Positions 27,216 through 37,201 of a stretch of DNA of 64,000 nucleotides are shown piece by piece; the first letter of the stretch is position 1, and every line of letters starts with the position of its first letter. The DNA is taken from positions 1-64,000 of the forward strand of contig CAYPFW010000004.1 of NCBI GenBank assembly GCA_964410585.1, read 5' to 3'. Under the pieces are notes generated by a model. The model had not been told where the DNA came from and ran no database searches. It saw only the letters and a program-made list of their open reading frames with translations. The DNA is from an uncultured archaeon. GTDB taxonomy: Archaea; Aenigmatarchaeota; Aenigmatarchaeia; QMZP01; JACQNV01. The translations under genes were made by a program, and so were the position numbers.

Positions 27216-28067
27216 TTACAGCATTCTGAAAATTGTGTAAAAAGTATCGAAAAAAGGTACAGAGGTTGTTGTTGTTAAAAAATTTGCTCCTTGCCTTTTT
27301 GCTATTTGCTGGATTTGATCTATATGCTGCTCCAATTGCTCTAAGTAATTTTTCCTTAGTCTCTGGCTTATGTATGTGTGGAGCATTGAGCCTGTTTCAG
27401 AATCCTTCAAAAGCGAATCACCTTCATACAATAGTTTCCTTTCTTTATCTGAAAGTACTTGGACTAAAAGAATGTCGTTTCTTTTTAGCCTTGACATAAC
27501 ATCCTCTAGTTGAGTTAAATCAAATAGAAAATCAGAAATTATGACAATAAGCGATTTTGAGTTTATTCTTTTTTCATAGCCAGCCAAAACATTTGAGAAT
27601 TCTGTGTCTCCCGTTGGCTTTGAGTTGTTGAGCCTGTCTATTATTGTGACTATGTTTGGTTTTATCTGCCTTGCACAAAGAGTGTCAAAAGTATTGGAAA
27701 AAATAGAGAACTCAAACTTCATATTTTCTTTTGAAGCAAGATAGGCGACAGCTAAGCCTATTTTAGCTGCATATTCAAATTTCATTTCTTTGCCAAAGTT
27801 CATGCTATTGCTGCTATCTAAAAGAATGTGGAAAGTCAGGTTTTTTTCCTCTTCAAACTTTTTGATAAATAGCTTGTCTGTTCTTGCATAAATTCTCCAG
27901 TCTATGTATCTTATGTCATCTCCTGGAGCATATTCCTTGTATTCTTTGAAAAGGAGGCCTTCGCCTGTTGCTCTTGATTGCTGCTCGCCTTTAAACTTGG
28001 CATTTGTTTTTTTCTTCAGTGCGAGCTTGAAGGCGTCTAGCTGGTACAAAAATGAAGGGTCGATCAT
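27216..28067 (-). CDS. DUF58 family protein (VWA-like)
   Basis: EYAPGDDIRYIDW, LDSSNSM, ISDFL. Confidence 0.92.
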   Translation of the reverse strand: MIDPSFLYQLDAFKLALKKKTNAKFKGEQQSRATGEGLLFKEYKEYAPGDDIRYIDWRIYARTDKLFIKKFEEEKNLTFHILLDSSNSMNFGKEMKFEYAAKIGLAVAYLASKENMKFEFSIFSNTFDTLCARQIKPNIVTIIDRLNNSKPTGDTEFSNVLAGYEKRINSKSLIVIISDFLFDLTQLEDVMSRLKRNDILLVQVLSDKERKLLYEGDSLLKDSETGSMLHTYISQRLRKNYLEQLEQHIDQIQQIAKRQGANFLTTTTSVPFFDTFYTIFRML

Positions 28068-28113
28068 AGATTATATTTGTTTTGGATATATAATATGTTA
28101 AAAGACACGGATG

Positions 28114-29097
28114 CTATTTTGGATATAAAACTGCATGCGTTTTTTGAATATATTTGATTGGCTTGAATTTCTCCTTAAATCTGAGTAATGATTCGAATTC
28201 GCTTCCACCTAAATTTGCATATTTATAGCCTTGGTTTAATGCTTCCTTCAGAACTTCAAATATGATGCTTTCAGAAAGTCCCTTTAAGTCAATTGTAGTT
28301 ACATTTGTGTACAAGCCTATACAATCTTCAGATATTTTATGCGCAATTCCAAGAGCAACTGGTTGCCCACTTACGTAAATTATTTTCGATATACAACTTT
28401 TACCTAGTTTTCCTGAATTAATCGATTCTACAAATTTTTTATGTAACTCTGCGGAATGGAGTATTATTGGGTCTTCTTTGAGATATTCTTCATACCTCTG
28501 CGAAATCATTCTTAACCATTTTTCCACAATTTCTAACCCTTCTTTTAGCGAACTTCTATTTGTATAATTTTTTACAACAGGATTATAGTGCTTTATAAAA
28601 TAATTCACTCTGTACCGAATTGTTTTTAGTTGATTTCCTTTCAAAGAAATTAAATCCTTTAGGCTTACAATCGTTTCTGGATATGTGTCATCATCATATC
28701 TGTAAAATTTATTCCAACAATCGCCTTTTTCATAGTCCGTAGAACCTAATTTTTGGAATGATTTGAACTGATCTGGAGTCAAATTTTTAAAAATAACTTG
28801 TTTGTTTGATATTTCAGAGAGAGTACTTGCTAATTTGAATGCTTTTTGAGCCGCATTTGGCCCAAGATATTGTACAATTGCATATGAATGTTCATTAGGT
28901 TTTTTCGTCGTAAACGGAATTAGTGTTTTCCCATCGTAAAATTTGAATGCTGCAAATATTGTAGACTGAATTGTGTATAACCAACAATTTGAGAAATCAA
29001 GAGTATTTTTGTTTTTCTTATAATAAGATTCAAATAAAATTTTGTCTCTCTGACTAATTTTTGAAATGTTCTTGATTTTTAATAAATGTGTTTCCAT
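28114..29097 (-). CDS. DUF2156/phosphatidylglycerol lysyltransferase C-terminal-like protein (tandem GNAT fold)
   Basis: LKG..LK.IR..VN.F, KGLSE, YANLGGSE..SLLRFKEKFKP. Confidence 0.7.
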   Translation of the reverse strand: METHLLKIKNISKISQRDKILFESYYKKNKNTLDFSNCWLYTIQSTIFAAFKFYDGKTLIPFTTKKPNEHSYAIVQYLGPNAAQKAFKLASTLSEISNKQVIFKNLTPDQFKSFQKLGSTDYEKGDCWNKFYRYDDDTYPETIVSLKDLISLKGNQLKTIRYRVNYFIKHYNPVVKNYTNRSSLKEGLEIVEKWLRMISQRYEEYLKEDPIILHSAELHKKFVESINSGKLGKSCISKIIYVSGQPVALGIAHKISEDCIGLYTNVTTIDLKGLSESIIFEVLKEALNQGYKYANLGGSEFESLLRFKEKFKPIKYIQKTHAVLYPK

Positions 29098-29182
29098 AAA
29101 TTGATATCTATATTGTACATTAAAATCTTTTGGAAGAGCACACACCTCAATAATAAGAAAGATAAAACCTCACTAGGGAAAC

Positions 29183-30220
29183 CTAATCCCCAACAATTGT
29201 CTTGATCACTTCGTCTGTTGTTTTGCCTTGTTTTTCAGACTCGAAGGAAAGGATTATTCTATGCCTTAAAATAGGATAGGCCATTGCTTGTATATCCTTC
29301 TCGCTCACAAAGCTTCTTCCTTCGATAAGGGCTTTTGCTTTTGCAGCTAGAACCACAAATATTGAAGCCCTCGGTGATGCACCGAACTGGATGTATTTGT
29401 TTTTCCTTGTTGCTTCAACTATTTTGATTGCATATTCTTTTATATCGTTTGCAATAGGAACTTTTCTCGTCAATTCCTGGAGATGCAAAATCCTATCAAC
29501 TGAAAGGACTTTTTTCAAACCAAAATCAGGCTCTACTTCTGTTGTAAACCGGTCAACTATTTCGCTTTCATCCTCAAAGGTTGGATAATCGACCATTGTT
29601 TTGAACATGAACCTATCTGTTTGCGCTTCTGGAAGAGGGAATGTTCCTTCTTGTTCTATAGGGTTTTGAGTAGCTAAAACAAAGAATGGGTTTGGAAGCT
29701 GGAATGTTTTATTGCCCGCTGTCACTTGCTTTTCTTGCATTGATTCTAAAAATGCAGCTTGGGTTTTGGGGGTGGCTCTGTTTATTTCATCTGCTAAAAC
29801 AACATTTGCAAAAATTGGGCCCTTGTAGAATTCGAAAGTTTTTTCATCTTTTGTTTCCTTGATTATGTAGGTTCCTGTTATATCAGAAGGCATCAGGTCT
29901 GGTGTATTTTGGATTCTGGAAAATGACAAATCCATGACATCTGCCAGGGTTTTTACCATGAGAGTTTTGGCCATTCCAGGATATCCCTCTAATAGGACAT
30001 TTCCATTACAAAGTATACCTATCAAAAGCTGCTTTATTGGTTCTTTTTGGCCAACTATTTTTTTTGAAACTTCATTTAGAATGTTTGAACAATCTTCCTG
30101 TGCTCTTTTCAGTACACCTGGTTCTGGGAGAGAAAGCCTTTTGTAGTGCTCTTTTCCAACTTCACTATCCTTTTGATGATTTACATTGCAAATCTTGCAA
30201 AAATACGTAGTTTCGGCCAT
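29183..30220 (-). CDS. MoxR family AAA+ ATPase
   Basis: GYPGMAKT, TPDLMPSDITG, LADEINRA, ATQNPIEQEGT, GASPRA. Confidence 0.95.
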   Translation of the reverse strand: MAETTYFCKICNVNHQKDSEVGKEHYKRLSLPEPGVLKRAQEDCSNILNEVSKKIVGQKEPIKQLLIGILCNGNVLLEGYPGMAKTLMVKTLADVMDLSFSRIQNTPDLMPSDITGTYIIKETKDEKTFEFYKGPIFANVVLADEINRATPKTQAAFLESMQEKQVTAGNKTFQLPNPFFVLATQNPIEQEGTFPLPEAQTDRFMFKTMVDYPTFEDESEIVDRFTTEVEPDFGLKKVLSVDRILHLQELTRKVPIANDIKEYAIKIVEATRKNKYIQFGASPRASIFVVLAAKAKALIEGRSFVSEKDIQAMAYPILRHRIILSFESEKQGKTTDEVIKTIVGD

Positions 30221-30966
30221 TATAATCCTCTTATCCTCAAATTATAGTTTTTAATGAGCTCGAAATCCTCTGGAACTTCTTCCTCACTTGTTGCCTCAGC
30301 CTGAGCGACAACCTCTATAGGAAAGTTCTCTCGCTGGAAATCAACCTCATCTATATCTTTTATTTGGTCTAGGTTAATATTTGTTGAAGAGCTTAATATT
30401 AATTGGAGCTCCCTTTCACCTATTTCTATATTTGATTTTTCCCCATATATAGAGTTATCCTTCATTATGTTCACAGATTGTATTGTAGCATTTAGGCTTT
30501 GCACCTGAACGCTTTCAGGGAACTGTATTTTGATTACTGTAAATGTCATTGTAGATAAGCTCAAAACAAATAATACACCTATTTTTACCATTGCCCTCTT
30601 ATGTTGTATCAGTTGGTAAGTTGAGGAAAACCTAAGTTTTTTTATAACATCCTGGAAAAGTACCTTGACAACCTCATTGTCTTTGCCAACATTATCATGA
30701 GCAGTACGAAGCATTTCGGCAACTTCCGGGTTATATTTTTCATATGTCTCTAGTTTAAAATTTTTAAATTTTATTGAAAATTCAAATATAGCAACTCCAC
30801 ATCCCACTGCTAGTGAAATTGGGATCCTAAACAGTCCAAGACCGAGAAAAAAAAGCACAATATTTATTGCTAGCACAGCTATGCCTGCATCTAAAAGCGC
30901 ATGAAGTAGGCTAACTTTTAGGACTTCCATCTTCAATGATTTCAATGCACTCACTATACTTGTCAT
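30220..30966 (-). CDS. Membrane protein of the archaeal MoxR/VWA operon
   Basis: Hydrophobic helices, E..NPE..E.LRTA.DN motif, operon position. Confidence 0.7.
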   Translation of the reverse strand: MTSIVSALKSLKMEVLKVSLLHALLDAGIAVLAINIVLFFLGLGLFRIPISLAVGCGVAIFEFSIKFKNFKLETYEKYNPEVAEMLRTAHDNVGKDNEVVKVLFQDVIKKLRFSSTYQLIQHKRAMVKIGVLFVLSLSTMTFTVIKIQFPESVQVQSLNATIQSVNIMKDNSIYGEKSNIEIGERELQLILSSSTNINLDQIKDIDEVDFQRENFPIEVVAQAEATSEEEVPEDFELIKNYNLRIRGL

Positions 30967-30981
30967 AATCAGTACGCTGTA

Positions 30982-31599
30982 CTAAGGGCAATTTGCATGA
31001 GTTAGGTTTGAATTACTCTTCATATAACTGCACACAGCATCTAGCTTACTCTTTGTTGCAGCTAAGTCGCTTTTAGCTGTTGTCAAATCAGCCTGTGTGG
31101 AATTTAGCTGTGACTTTGCGCTCGAAAGATCTGTTTTTGTTTTATCTAACTCGGTTTGTGTGCTAGCAAGACTGCTTTTTGTTGTGTCCAACTCACCTTT
31201 TGTTTGGTCTAAGTCGGCTGCTGTTGTATTATACAAATTACCTATTTTTGACACGTCGCCTGTTGCTGTTGCTAGTTTTTCTTTAGTTGCTGTTAAATCT
31301 ACAAGCGTTGAATTAAGCTCGTTCTCAACTTGTCTTAAGCGAGATTCTATGCTCCCCTTTTCAGTTGAGACCCCTCCTAAGAAAAATTGGAAGTATAAAG
31401 TTGCACCAACAAGGATTAGAATTGCTGAAACCAGGATAATCAACATGATGGGATTTGTTGTTTGTCCTATATACTTTTCGCCTTTATCTTTTGCAGACTC
31501 CATTTTCGGGTCATCTGATTTTTTTAAAAAAGTGCTTAGACTGGGTTTATCTACTTTTAATTGGACTTCTCCCTTTTCTTTTTTTCTGAAAAAACTCAT
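30982..31599 (-). CDS. Single-TM coiled-coil protein
   Basis: One TM helix followed by heptad repeats (LDQTKGELDTTKSSLASTQTELDKTK). Confidence 0.75.
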   Translation of the reverse strand: MSFFRKKEKGEVQLKVDKPSLSTFLKKSDDPKMESAKDKGEKYIGQTTNPIMLIILVSAILILVGATLYFQFFLGGVSTEKGSIESRLRQVENELNSTLVDLTATKEKLATATGDVSKIGNLYNTTAADLDQTKGELDTTKSSLASTQTELDKTKTDLSSAKSQLNSTQADLTTAKSDLAATKSKLDAVCSYMKSNSNLTHANCP

Positions 31600-33941
31600 A
31601 TTTTGTTGATAAGTTTTGGTCTAACTTCTCTCCACCGTCTTATTGAAACCTCTATTACGAATATTATAAGAGCTGGTATTAAGGTATATATTAGCATACT
31701 TTGCTTGACTGTGTCAAGTCTTTTGCTTTTCTCTTTTGCATATTTAACTATTTCGTCAACTTCATTTATATCGAACATTTTCCCACCTGTTGATTCAACA
31801 AGAGCTTCAATTTTCGGATTGACTCCTATTTTTTCATATTCTCTATTGTAGCTTACACCATATTTGCCGTCTAAAACATTTTGGAAACCAATGCTGTTTG
31901 CATCTATTCGCGCTATATATTTATCTTCTTCAAATTTGTCAAACTTAATATCTGACTGCGGAGGATTTTTTGATTTCAATATTATTTCAACTGTTTCTCC
32001 TATTCTAGAGTCTTTAATTTTAATATAATAGTCTTTCTTCCTTTCAGGGTTTCCAATAACCCAGTTTATTGTTCGAGAAAGCAATTGAGAATTTTCCTTA
32101 TCAAGAAGCCTACCAAGCGTATTCGAGCCTGCAAACACGTTTAGTGAAGCTACTCTACCTAAACCAAAGTTCCATGTTGTTAAAGCAGGCCTTCCTGTGT
32201 CTGTTGTTATTAAAAGGTCAGCTGCTTGTTTTGGAACAACTTGATTAAATGCATCAAGAGCAGCTGTAAGTACCATATTTTTTGTGATAAATTGGTTATC
32301 ATCAAGTATTATTAATCCAAATCTGTTCCCAGATGACTCAGCTATGTCACCGAACAATACTTTTAGCCTCTCCGAAGATGTTGGTTGGAGATAAAAACCC
32401 TTTCCCTTTCTAGCTAGATCAGACATGAACTCTGTATCTGTATCGAAACCAACGCCAACTGTTATTATTTTTATGTTTTGTGAAGCAAGTAGAGATGCAA
32501 GATTTAGTGTCTGGAATTTGTTTTGGGTTATACCATCAGACAAAACAATGATATATTTGCTGCCACTTCTTTGGCTTAACATTTGGTATGCAGCTGCCAA
32601 ACCAATGTTCATGTATGTTCCTTTTTGAAATTGTAGTCTACTTATCTTGTCTTTTAATAAATTTTTATTGTATAGTAAGATGTTGGGCTCCTCGATTAAG
32701 TGTGCTTGATCATTAAAAGCAAGCGCTCCAACATTGTTGTTTAAACCTAGACTCTCTAGAACACTTATTGCCAAAGCCTTCTCAACATCAACCTTTGTCT
32801 TTCCACCGAAAAGTTCACCTGTTGAGCCAGATATATCAATCAAAAGGATTACATTGATGCCACCTCTTTCAACATCACCTGAACCTATTTCAATTGGAAG
32901 GATTTCCATGAATGGTGAACCTTTGTAATCACCAAACTCGAAAGAATTAAATCCACCTATTACAAAAAGACCATTGTTATCTAAAAGAAATTTCTTCAAA
33001 CTATCAATATTTGTTATGTCTTTTGCTTTCAGGTCATTGATTATCACACCATAATATTTTGAGAGGTCGTCTGGAATGCTTGTTGACTTATCAGCTTCAT
33101 ATATGTCCTGTACTATTTCTTTGAATGGATCATCTTTTTTTGTTAAATAAAGGATAGCGGGTCTTTTGATAACCTTTACTGTTTTGTAAAACACGTTATT
33201 TTGAGGGAAGAAATCATCCTCTAGTATTTCAGCCTTTATTGTGTGGTAGCCCTCTGATAAAAATGCCTGAGAAACCTTTACACTTTCCTGTGTTCTTGAA
33301 TTAAAGACAACCTCAGAATCTATACTAACCTTTACTGGAACACTAGATTTTCCAGCCATTTCTATACTAATCAGAAAATTATTGTTAGCACCAGGCACAG
33401 TTTCTGATGGACCAATAACAGAGACAGATGCATCAATCTGTTTTGGTTCTATCTTGATTGCATTTATTGTTGTGTTTAGGCTTGAGATAAGACCAAACAG
33501 GCTTTCCATGCTTTCTCCGGATGTTATCTGGCCATCTGTATATAATAAGAGGTTGCCATTTCTTTCAGATTGAGCAAGTATATTGTCGCCAAGGTTAGAT
33601 GTTTCACTAGATCCAATTTCCTTTTTTAGAACAGGTATTTGCTCATTCAGCTTTTCCTTGAGACCATCAACATCATCTTTGAACAAGGCCATTGAAGAAG
33701 AGTTGTCGATGAGGAGTTTTATTCTAGGATTTCCGTCAACAAGCTTTTGCTCAAATACAAAAGGGTTCGCAAGTGAAACTATTAGCAGAGAAACAATGGC
33801 TCCTCTAGATAAGAAAAATAGAATCTTTTTTCTTCTTGAAGAAACTCTACCAACAAAATTTTTCCACAATAGTAAACCTATAATTGCTAAAAAAACCGGT
33901 ATGAGATACAAAAACCAAGGTGTTTCAAACAATATTGTCAT
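31596..33941 (-). CDS. Membrane-anchored VWA-domain protein with GATase-like region
   Basis: MIDAS motifs DNSSS and DISGS, LSDG, N- and C-terminal TM helices. Confidence 0.88.
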   Translation of the reverse strand: MTILFETPWFLYLIPVFLAIIGLLLWKNFVGRVSSRRKKILFFLSRGAIVSLLIVSLANPFVFEQKLVDGNPRIKLLIDNSSSMALFKDDVDGLKEKLNEQIPVLKKEIGSSETSNLGDNILAQSERNGNLLLYTDGQITSGESMESLFGLISSLNTTINAIKIEPKQIDASVSVIGPSETVPGANNNFLISIEMAGKSSVPVKVSIDSEVVFNSRTQESVKVSQAFLSEGYHTIKAEILEDDFFPQNNVFYKTVKVIKRPAILYLTKKDDPFKEIVQDIYEADKSTSIPDDLSKYYGVIINDLKAKDITNIDSLKKFLLDNNGLFVIGGFNSFEFGDYKGSPFMEILPIEIGSGDVERGGINVILLIDISGSTGELFGGKTKVDVEKALAISVLESLGLNNNVGALAFNDQAHLIEEPNILLYNKNLLKDKISRLQFQKGTYMNIGLAAAYQMLSQRSGSKYIIVLSDGITQNKFQTLNLASLLASQNIKIITVGVGFDTDTEFMSDLARKGKGFYLQPTSSERLKVLFGDIAESSGNRFGLIILDDNQFITKNMVLTAALDAFNQVVPKQAADLLITTDTGRPALTTWNFGLGRVASLNVFAGSNTLGRLLDKENSQLLSRTINWVIGNPERKKDYYIKIKDSRIGETVEIILKSKNPPQSDIKFDKFEEDKYIARIDANSIGFQNVLDGKYGVSYNREYEKIGVNPKIEALVESTGGKMFDINEVDEIVKYAKEKSKRLDTVKQSMLIYTLIPALIIFVIEVSIRRWREVRPKLINKI

Positions 33942-33957
33942 ACATTATTACCTCATA

Positions 33958-34005
33958 TTTGAATATTAGTTTGGATACTGTAACCTTTTTCTAAGAAAGG
34001 CTAGC
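33958..34005 (-). repeat. Shortened module-B repeat between the two VWA genes
   Basis: Reverse complement GCTAGCCTTTCTTAGAAAAAGGTTACAGTATCCAAACTAATATTCAAA. Confidence 0.7.
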
Positions 34006-34007
34006 TG

Positions 34008-35768
34008 TCATACATCCCCTCTATACTTCACGTATATCAATTCAATAATTATCAGTAGGATAAGTAAAATCAAAAGCTGAAATGATAGTACAAGAGGAGC
34101 CTTACCAGTGCTTCCAACAACATCACCCAAACTCTCTTCAACCGAAACCTCTTTATTTACATCAGACTCTTTGAAATCTATAAGATTTGCTGCCATTCTA
34201 TAGTTTCCAAAATCATAAAATCCAGCATGATCCAAAACTATTTTATCTGTGTTTACTTGACCAGTTGGTGTGGTCACTATAATTGGGTTTTCAAATGTTA
34301 TTATTCGCCCTGTTCTCGTATTTATTTCATTTATCTTTTTTCTGTTCAATAAAAATCCCATAATCTCTTTCCAAAAAACTGGATATTTTAGCCTAAACTT
34401 AAAACCGGATAACTCATCTAAAATTCCATAATAAAGAAGTTTTCCGTTTCCTCTTTCCACAAAGGAAATGACAGAGTCTCCGTTCTCTGATTTTGCTATT
34501 GGAACCCCAGTTGTTGTTGGTATATAATCAACTGAACCAAAATCTATGCCTTCTGTTGAAGAGTGTGATGTGAAAACTTTTTCCTTTTTCTTTTCTCCTA
34601 GGACTACTAAATTTTGGTAATCTGTGATTTTTACATTATCGTGGGCAACTATTATACCTGCTTTTCCATCGTTAATGTTGTCTATCATTGCCTGAACAGT
34701 TCCAGGTAAAAGCTTTGATGGGTCTATATTTTCCAGAATAACTACATCAAAATTATAGTTTAAAATAGTAGGCGGGCTTGCCATTGAAACTGCTATTTCC
34801 TTGTTCTCTTGGAGAGCAGCGAGCAAGTAGCTACTAGGACTATTTGATACTAGAAGTACACTTAACTTTTCTTCCTTAGGTGTGGCTATGTAAACTGTAT
34901 TATCTAGTTTAAAGTCGTCTTGAACATCTATTTTTAACTCATTTGTCCCAAGTGGTGTGTCAAAGTCTATTGTTTTTACATCGCCAGGTGCAAGTGTGAA
35001 ATCCTTTGAAAAATCACCTATCATCAGTTTGATTTGCTTTTCAGATGAATCATAGTTTTTGACAGTTGTAGTTGATTTAGGAAATTTGACAGATAGATCA
35101 ATTATGCCAACATTGCTTACAGGCTTATATACATTTTTTATATTAACAACATGACCTTGACTTCTTAGAGATCTTATTGCTGTTTCATAAGAAGATGGAG
35201 ATGATGTGTCAATAAAGTCGCTGACGATCACAATCTTGGATTTTTCTTTGACCAAACTTTCAGCTGTTTTCACAGCATCGTATAGATTTGTTACCGTACT
35301 AGTTGGTTTAAGGTTGTTTAGGACTGTCCTAACGTCTGTTTGTGAACCATCTCTAAGTATAACTTCAGGTGTATCTTTAGCTAGTACGATACTGTTGAAT
35401 TGACCCATTTGAGAAAAGGCAAAATCCCTTGCATCTTGGAAGCGCGTACCTGCCTGCATGCTTGCTGAAACATCCAAAACAATTACTGTATGACCTAAAA
35501 CAGATGCTTCGGAGACCATAATAAATGGCTGAGCTAATGTTAATCCAATTAAAACTATAATAAAAATTTGTAGGAATAGAAGAAGGTTGTATATTAGTCT
35601 TCTTAAAAAAGAAGATGTAAGAGATTCGCCCTGTTTTTTGAGTAAAAACATCAGGCTTGGAATTATTTCCTGATTTGGCTTAGGTCTGACTAGGTAAACT
35701 ATGATTAAAGGGATGAGACCAGCAATAGCTGCAAGACCTATTGGATTAAGTAAAAAGTTTTCTAACAT
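34008..35768 (-). CDS. BatA-domain/VWA protein
   Basis: NP.GL...IPLIIVYL.RP...PSLMFL BatA motif, DVSASM, VSDF. Confidence 0.88.
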   Translation of the reverse strand: MLENFLLNPIGLAAIAGLIPLIIVYLVRPKPNQEIIPSLMFLLKKQGESLTSSFLRRLIYNLLLFLQIFIIVLIGLTLAQPFIMVSEASVLGHTVIVLDVSASMQAGTRFQDARDFAFSQMGQFNSIVLAKDTPEVILRDGSQTDVRTVLNNLKPTSTVTNLYDAVKTAESLVKEKSKIVIVSDFIDTSSPSSYETAIRSLRSQGHVVNIKNVYKPVSNVGIIDLSVKFPKSTTTVKNYDSSEKQIKLMIGDFSKDFTLAPGDVKTIDFDTPLGTNELKIDVQDDFKLDNTVYIATPKEEKLSVLLVSNSPSSYLLAALQENKEIAVSMASPPTILNYNFDVVILENIDPSKLLPGTVQAMIDNINDGKAGIIVAHDNVKITDYQNLVVLGEKKKEKVFTSHSSTEGIDFGSVDYIPTTTGVPIAKSENGDSVISFVERGNGKLLYYGILDELSGFKFRLKYPVFWKEIMGFLLNRKKINEINTRTGRIITFENPIIVTTPTGQVNTDKIVLDHAGFYDFGNYRMAANLIDFKESDVNKEVSVEESLGDVVGSTGKAPLVLSFQLLILLILLIIIELIYVKYRGDV

Positions 35769-35848
35769 ATAATCACTAAAGTTTTTAAGAGTAGTATATT
35801 TGGTTTTGAATATTGATAAATTAGTATATAATAATTAGGTCTGCCCAG

Positions 35849-36016
35849 CTAGGTGAATTTTTTGATAAGGTAAATTAGGATAGAAACTACACCCACTACC
35901 AGGAAAACAAAACCAAGTGAGTATAGGACATAAACTTCTCTCAAAAATATCATAAACAGTGAGCCTAAAACAAGCAAGACCAAGATAGAAAGCCCAAGTA
36001 AAATTGAAAGGTTCAT
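35849..36016 (-). CDS. Small two-TM membrane protein (55 aa, not in ORF track)
   Basis: MNLSILLGLSILVLLVLGSLFMIFLREVYVLYSLGFVFLVVGVVSILIYLIKKFT. Confidence 0.55.
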   Translation of the reverse strand: MNLSILLGLSILVLLVLGSLFMIFLREVYVLYSLGFVFLVVGVVSILIYLIKKFT

Positions 36017-36039
36017 GGTAAATGTTGTTTATATCTTAT

Positions 36040-36774
36040 TTAAGCTTTGGCAATTGTGTATCCGTGTTTTTCAACTTCTTGTGCTAATTCAGGGCCGCCT
36101 GTTTTTACTATTTTACCCTCAACAAGTATGTGGACCTTATTTGGTTTCACGTATTGGAGAATTCTATCGTAATGTGTGATTAGTAAAACACCCATTCCAA
36201 GTTCTTTATGCATCACATTTATTCCATTTGAGATTATTTTCAAGGCATCTACATCTGTTCCACTATCTGTTTCATCTAATATAGCAAGCTTTGGCTGAAG
36301 TATAGCAAGCTGAAGGATTTCCATTTTCTTTTTTTCTCCTCCAGAAAAGCCTTCGTTTAGGTATCTTTTAGAAAAAGCAGGATCGATTTTCAACATTTCC
36401 ATTCGTTGCTTTAGGATTTTATGGAAGTCTAAAACAGATATGTTTTTTCCTGTAACCGAATTATAGGCTGTACGCAAAAAATTGGAAACTGTCAGACCTG
36501 GAACTTCTTGAGGATGTTGGAATGATAAAAATAGGCCCTTCTTTGCTCGCTTATCAACTGCAAGGCTTGTTATATCTTCCCCCTCTAAAAATATTTGACC
36601 GCCTGTAATTTCACATTTTGGATGACCCATGAGTGCATATGCTAATGTTGATTTTCCGGAGCCGTTTGGTCCCATTATTCCTGCAACTTCGCCCTTTTCT
36701 ATTTTTAGGTCTAGACCATTCAATATTTTTTCTTCACCGATTTGGACTTGTAGATTTTTAACTTCTAGTAACAT
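36040..36774 (-). CDS. sufC: Fe-S assembly ATPase SufC
   Basis: GPNGSGKS, NEGFSGGEKK, LDETDSG.DVDAL, LITHY. Confidence 0.96.
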   Translation of the reverse strand: MLLEVKNLQVQIGEEKILNGLDLKIEKGEVAGIMGPNGSGKSTLAYALMGHPKCEITGGQIFLEGEDITSLAVDKRAKKGLFLSFQHPQEVPGLTVSNFLRTAYNSVTGKNISVLDFHKILKQRMEMLKIDPAFSKRYLNEGFSGGEKKKMEILQLAILQPKLAILDETDSGTDVDALKIISNGINVMHKELGMGVLLITHYDRILQYVKPNKVHILVEGKIVKTGGPELAQEVEKHGYTIAKA

Positions 36775-36775
36775 A

Positions 36776-37201
36776 TTACACAGCTCCTTTTTGGTATTTG
36801 TTATAAATTAAAATTCCATTTTTAAGTGTATCAAGCGATAGTATAGCACACTTGAGCCTAGTTGGAGATATTGGTATACTTAACATTTCAATAATATCTT
36901 CTTTGGATACTTTATTTGCATCTTCTAAGCTCATGTCTTTGACCCTTTCAGTGAGCATGCTAGCTGAGCTTTGTGAAATCGCACACCCATGACCTGAAAA
37001 CTTTATGTCTTTTATTGATTTATTTCCATTTAGTTTTATTGTAATTTCAATCTGATCGCCACAAAGTGGGTTGAATTCTCTGTGTTTTATATCTGGATTT
37101 TCAATACTACCCTTGTTTCTTGGATCTTTGTAGTGGTCTAAAATATTTTCTTTGTATATTCCTTCTCCCATATAACTTCTGTCTATTTTTTCCATATTCA
37201 A
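36776..37201 (-). CDS. sufU: SufU/IscU-type Fe-S scaffold
   Basis: ILDHYKDPRN, NPLCGD, GCAISQSSAS, RLKCA. Confidence 0.92.
   Translation of the reverse strand: MNMEKIDRSYMGEGIYKENILDHYKDPRNKGSIENPDIKHREFNPLCGDQIEITIKLNGNKSIKDIKFSGHGCAISQSSASMLTERVKDMSLEDANKVSKEDIIEMLSIPISPTRLKCAILSLDTLKNGILIYNKYQKGAV

Noticed and set aside
30990-31330. Repetitive DNA in the coiled-coil gene
   Set aside because: Explained by protein heptad repeats, not a nucleotide repeat element
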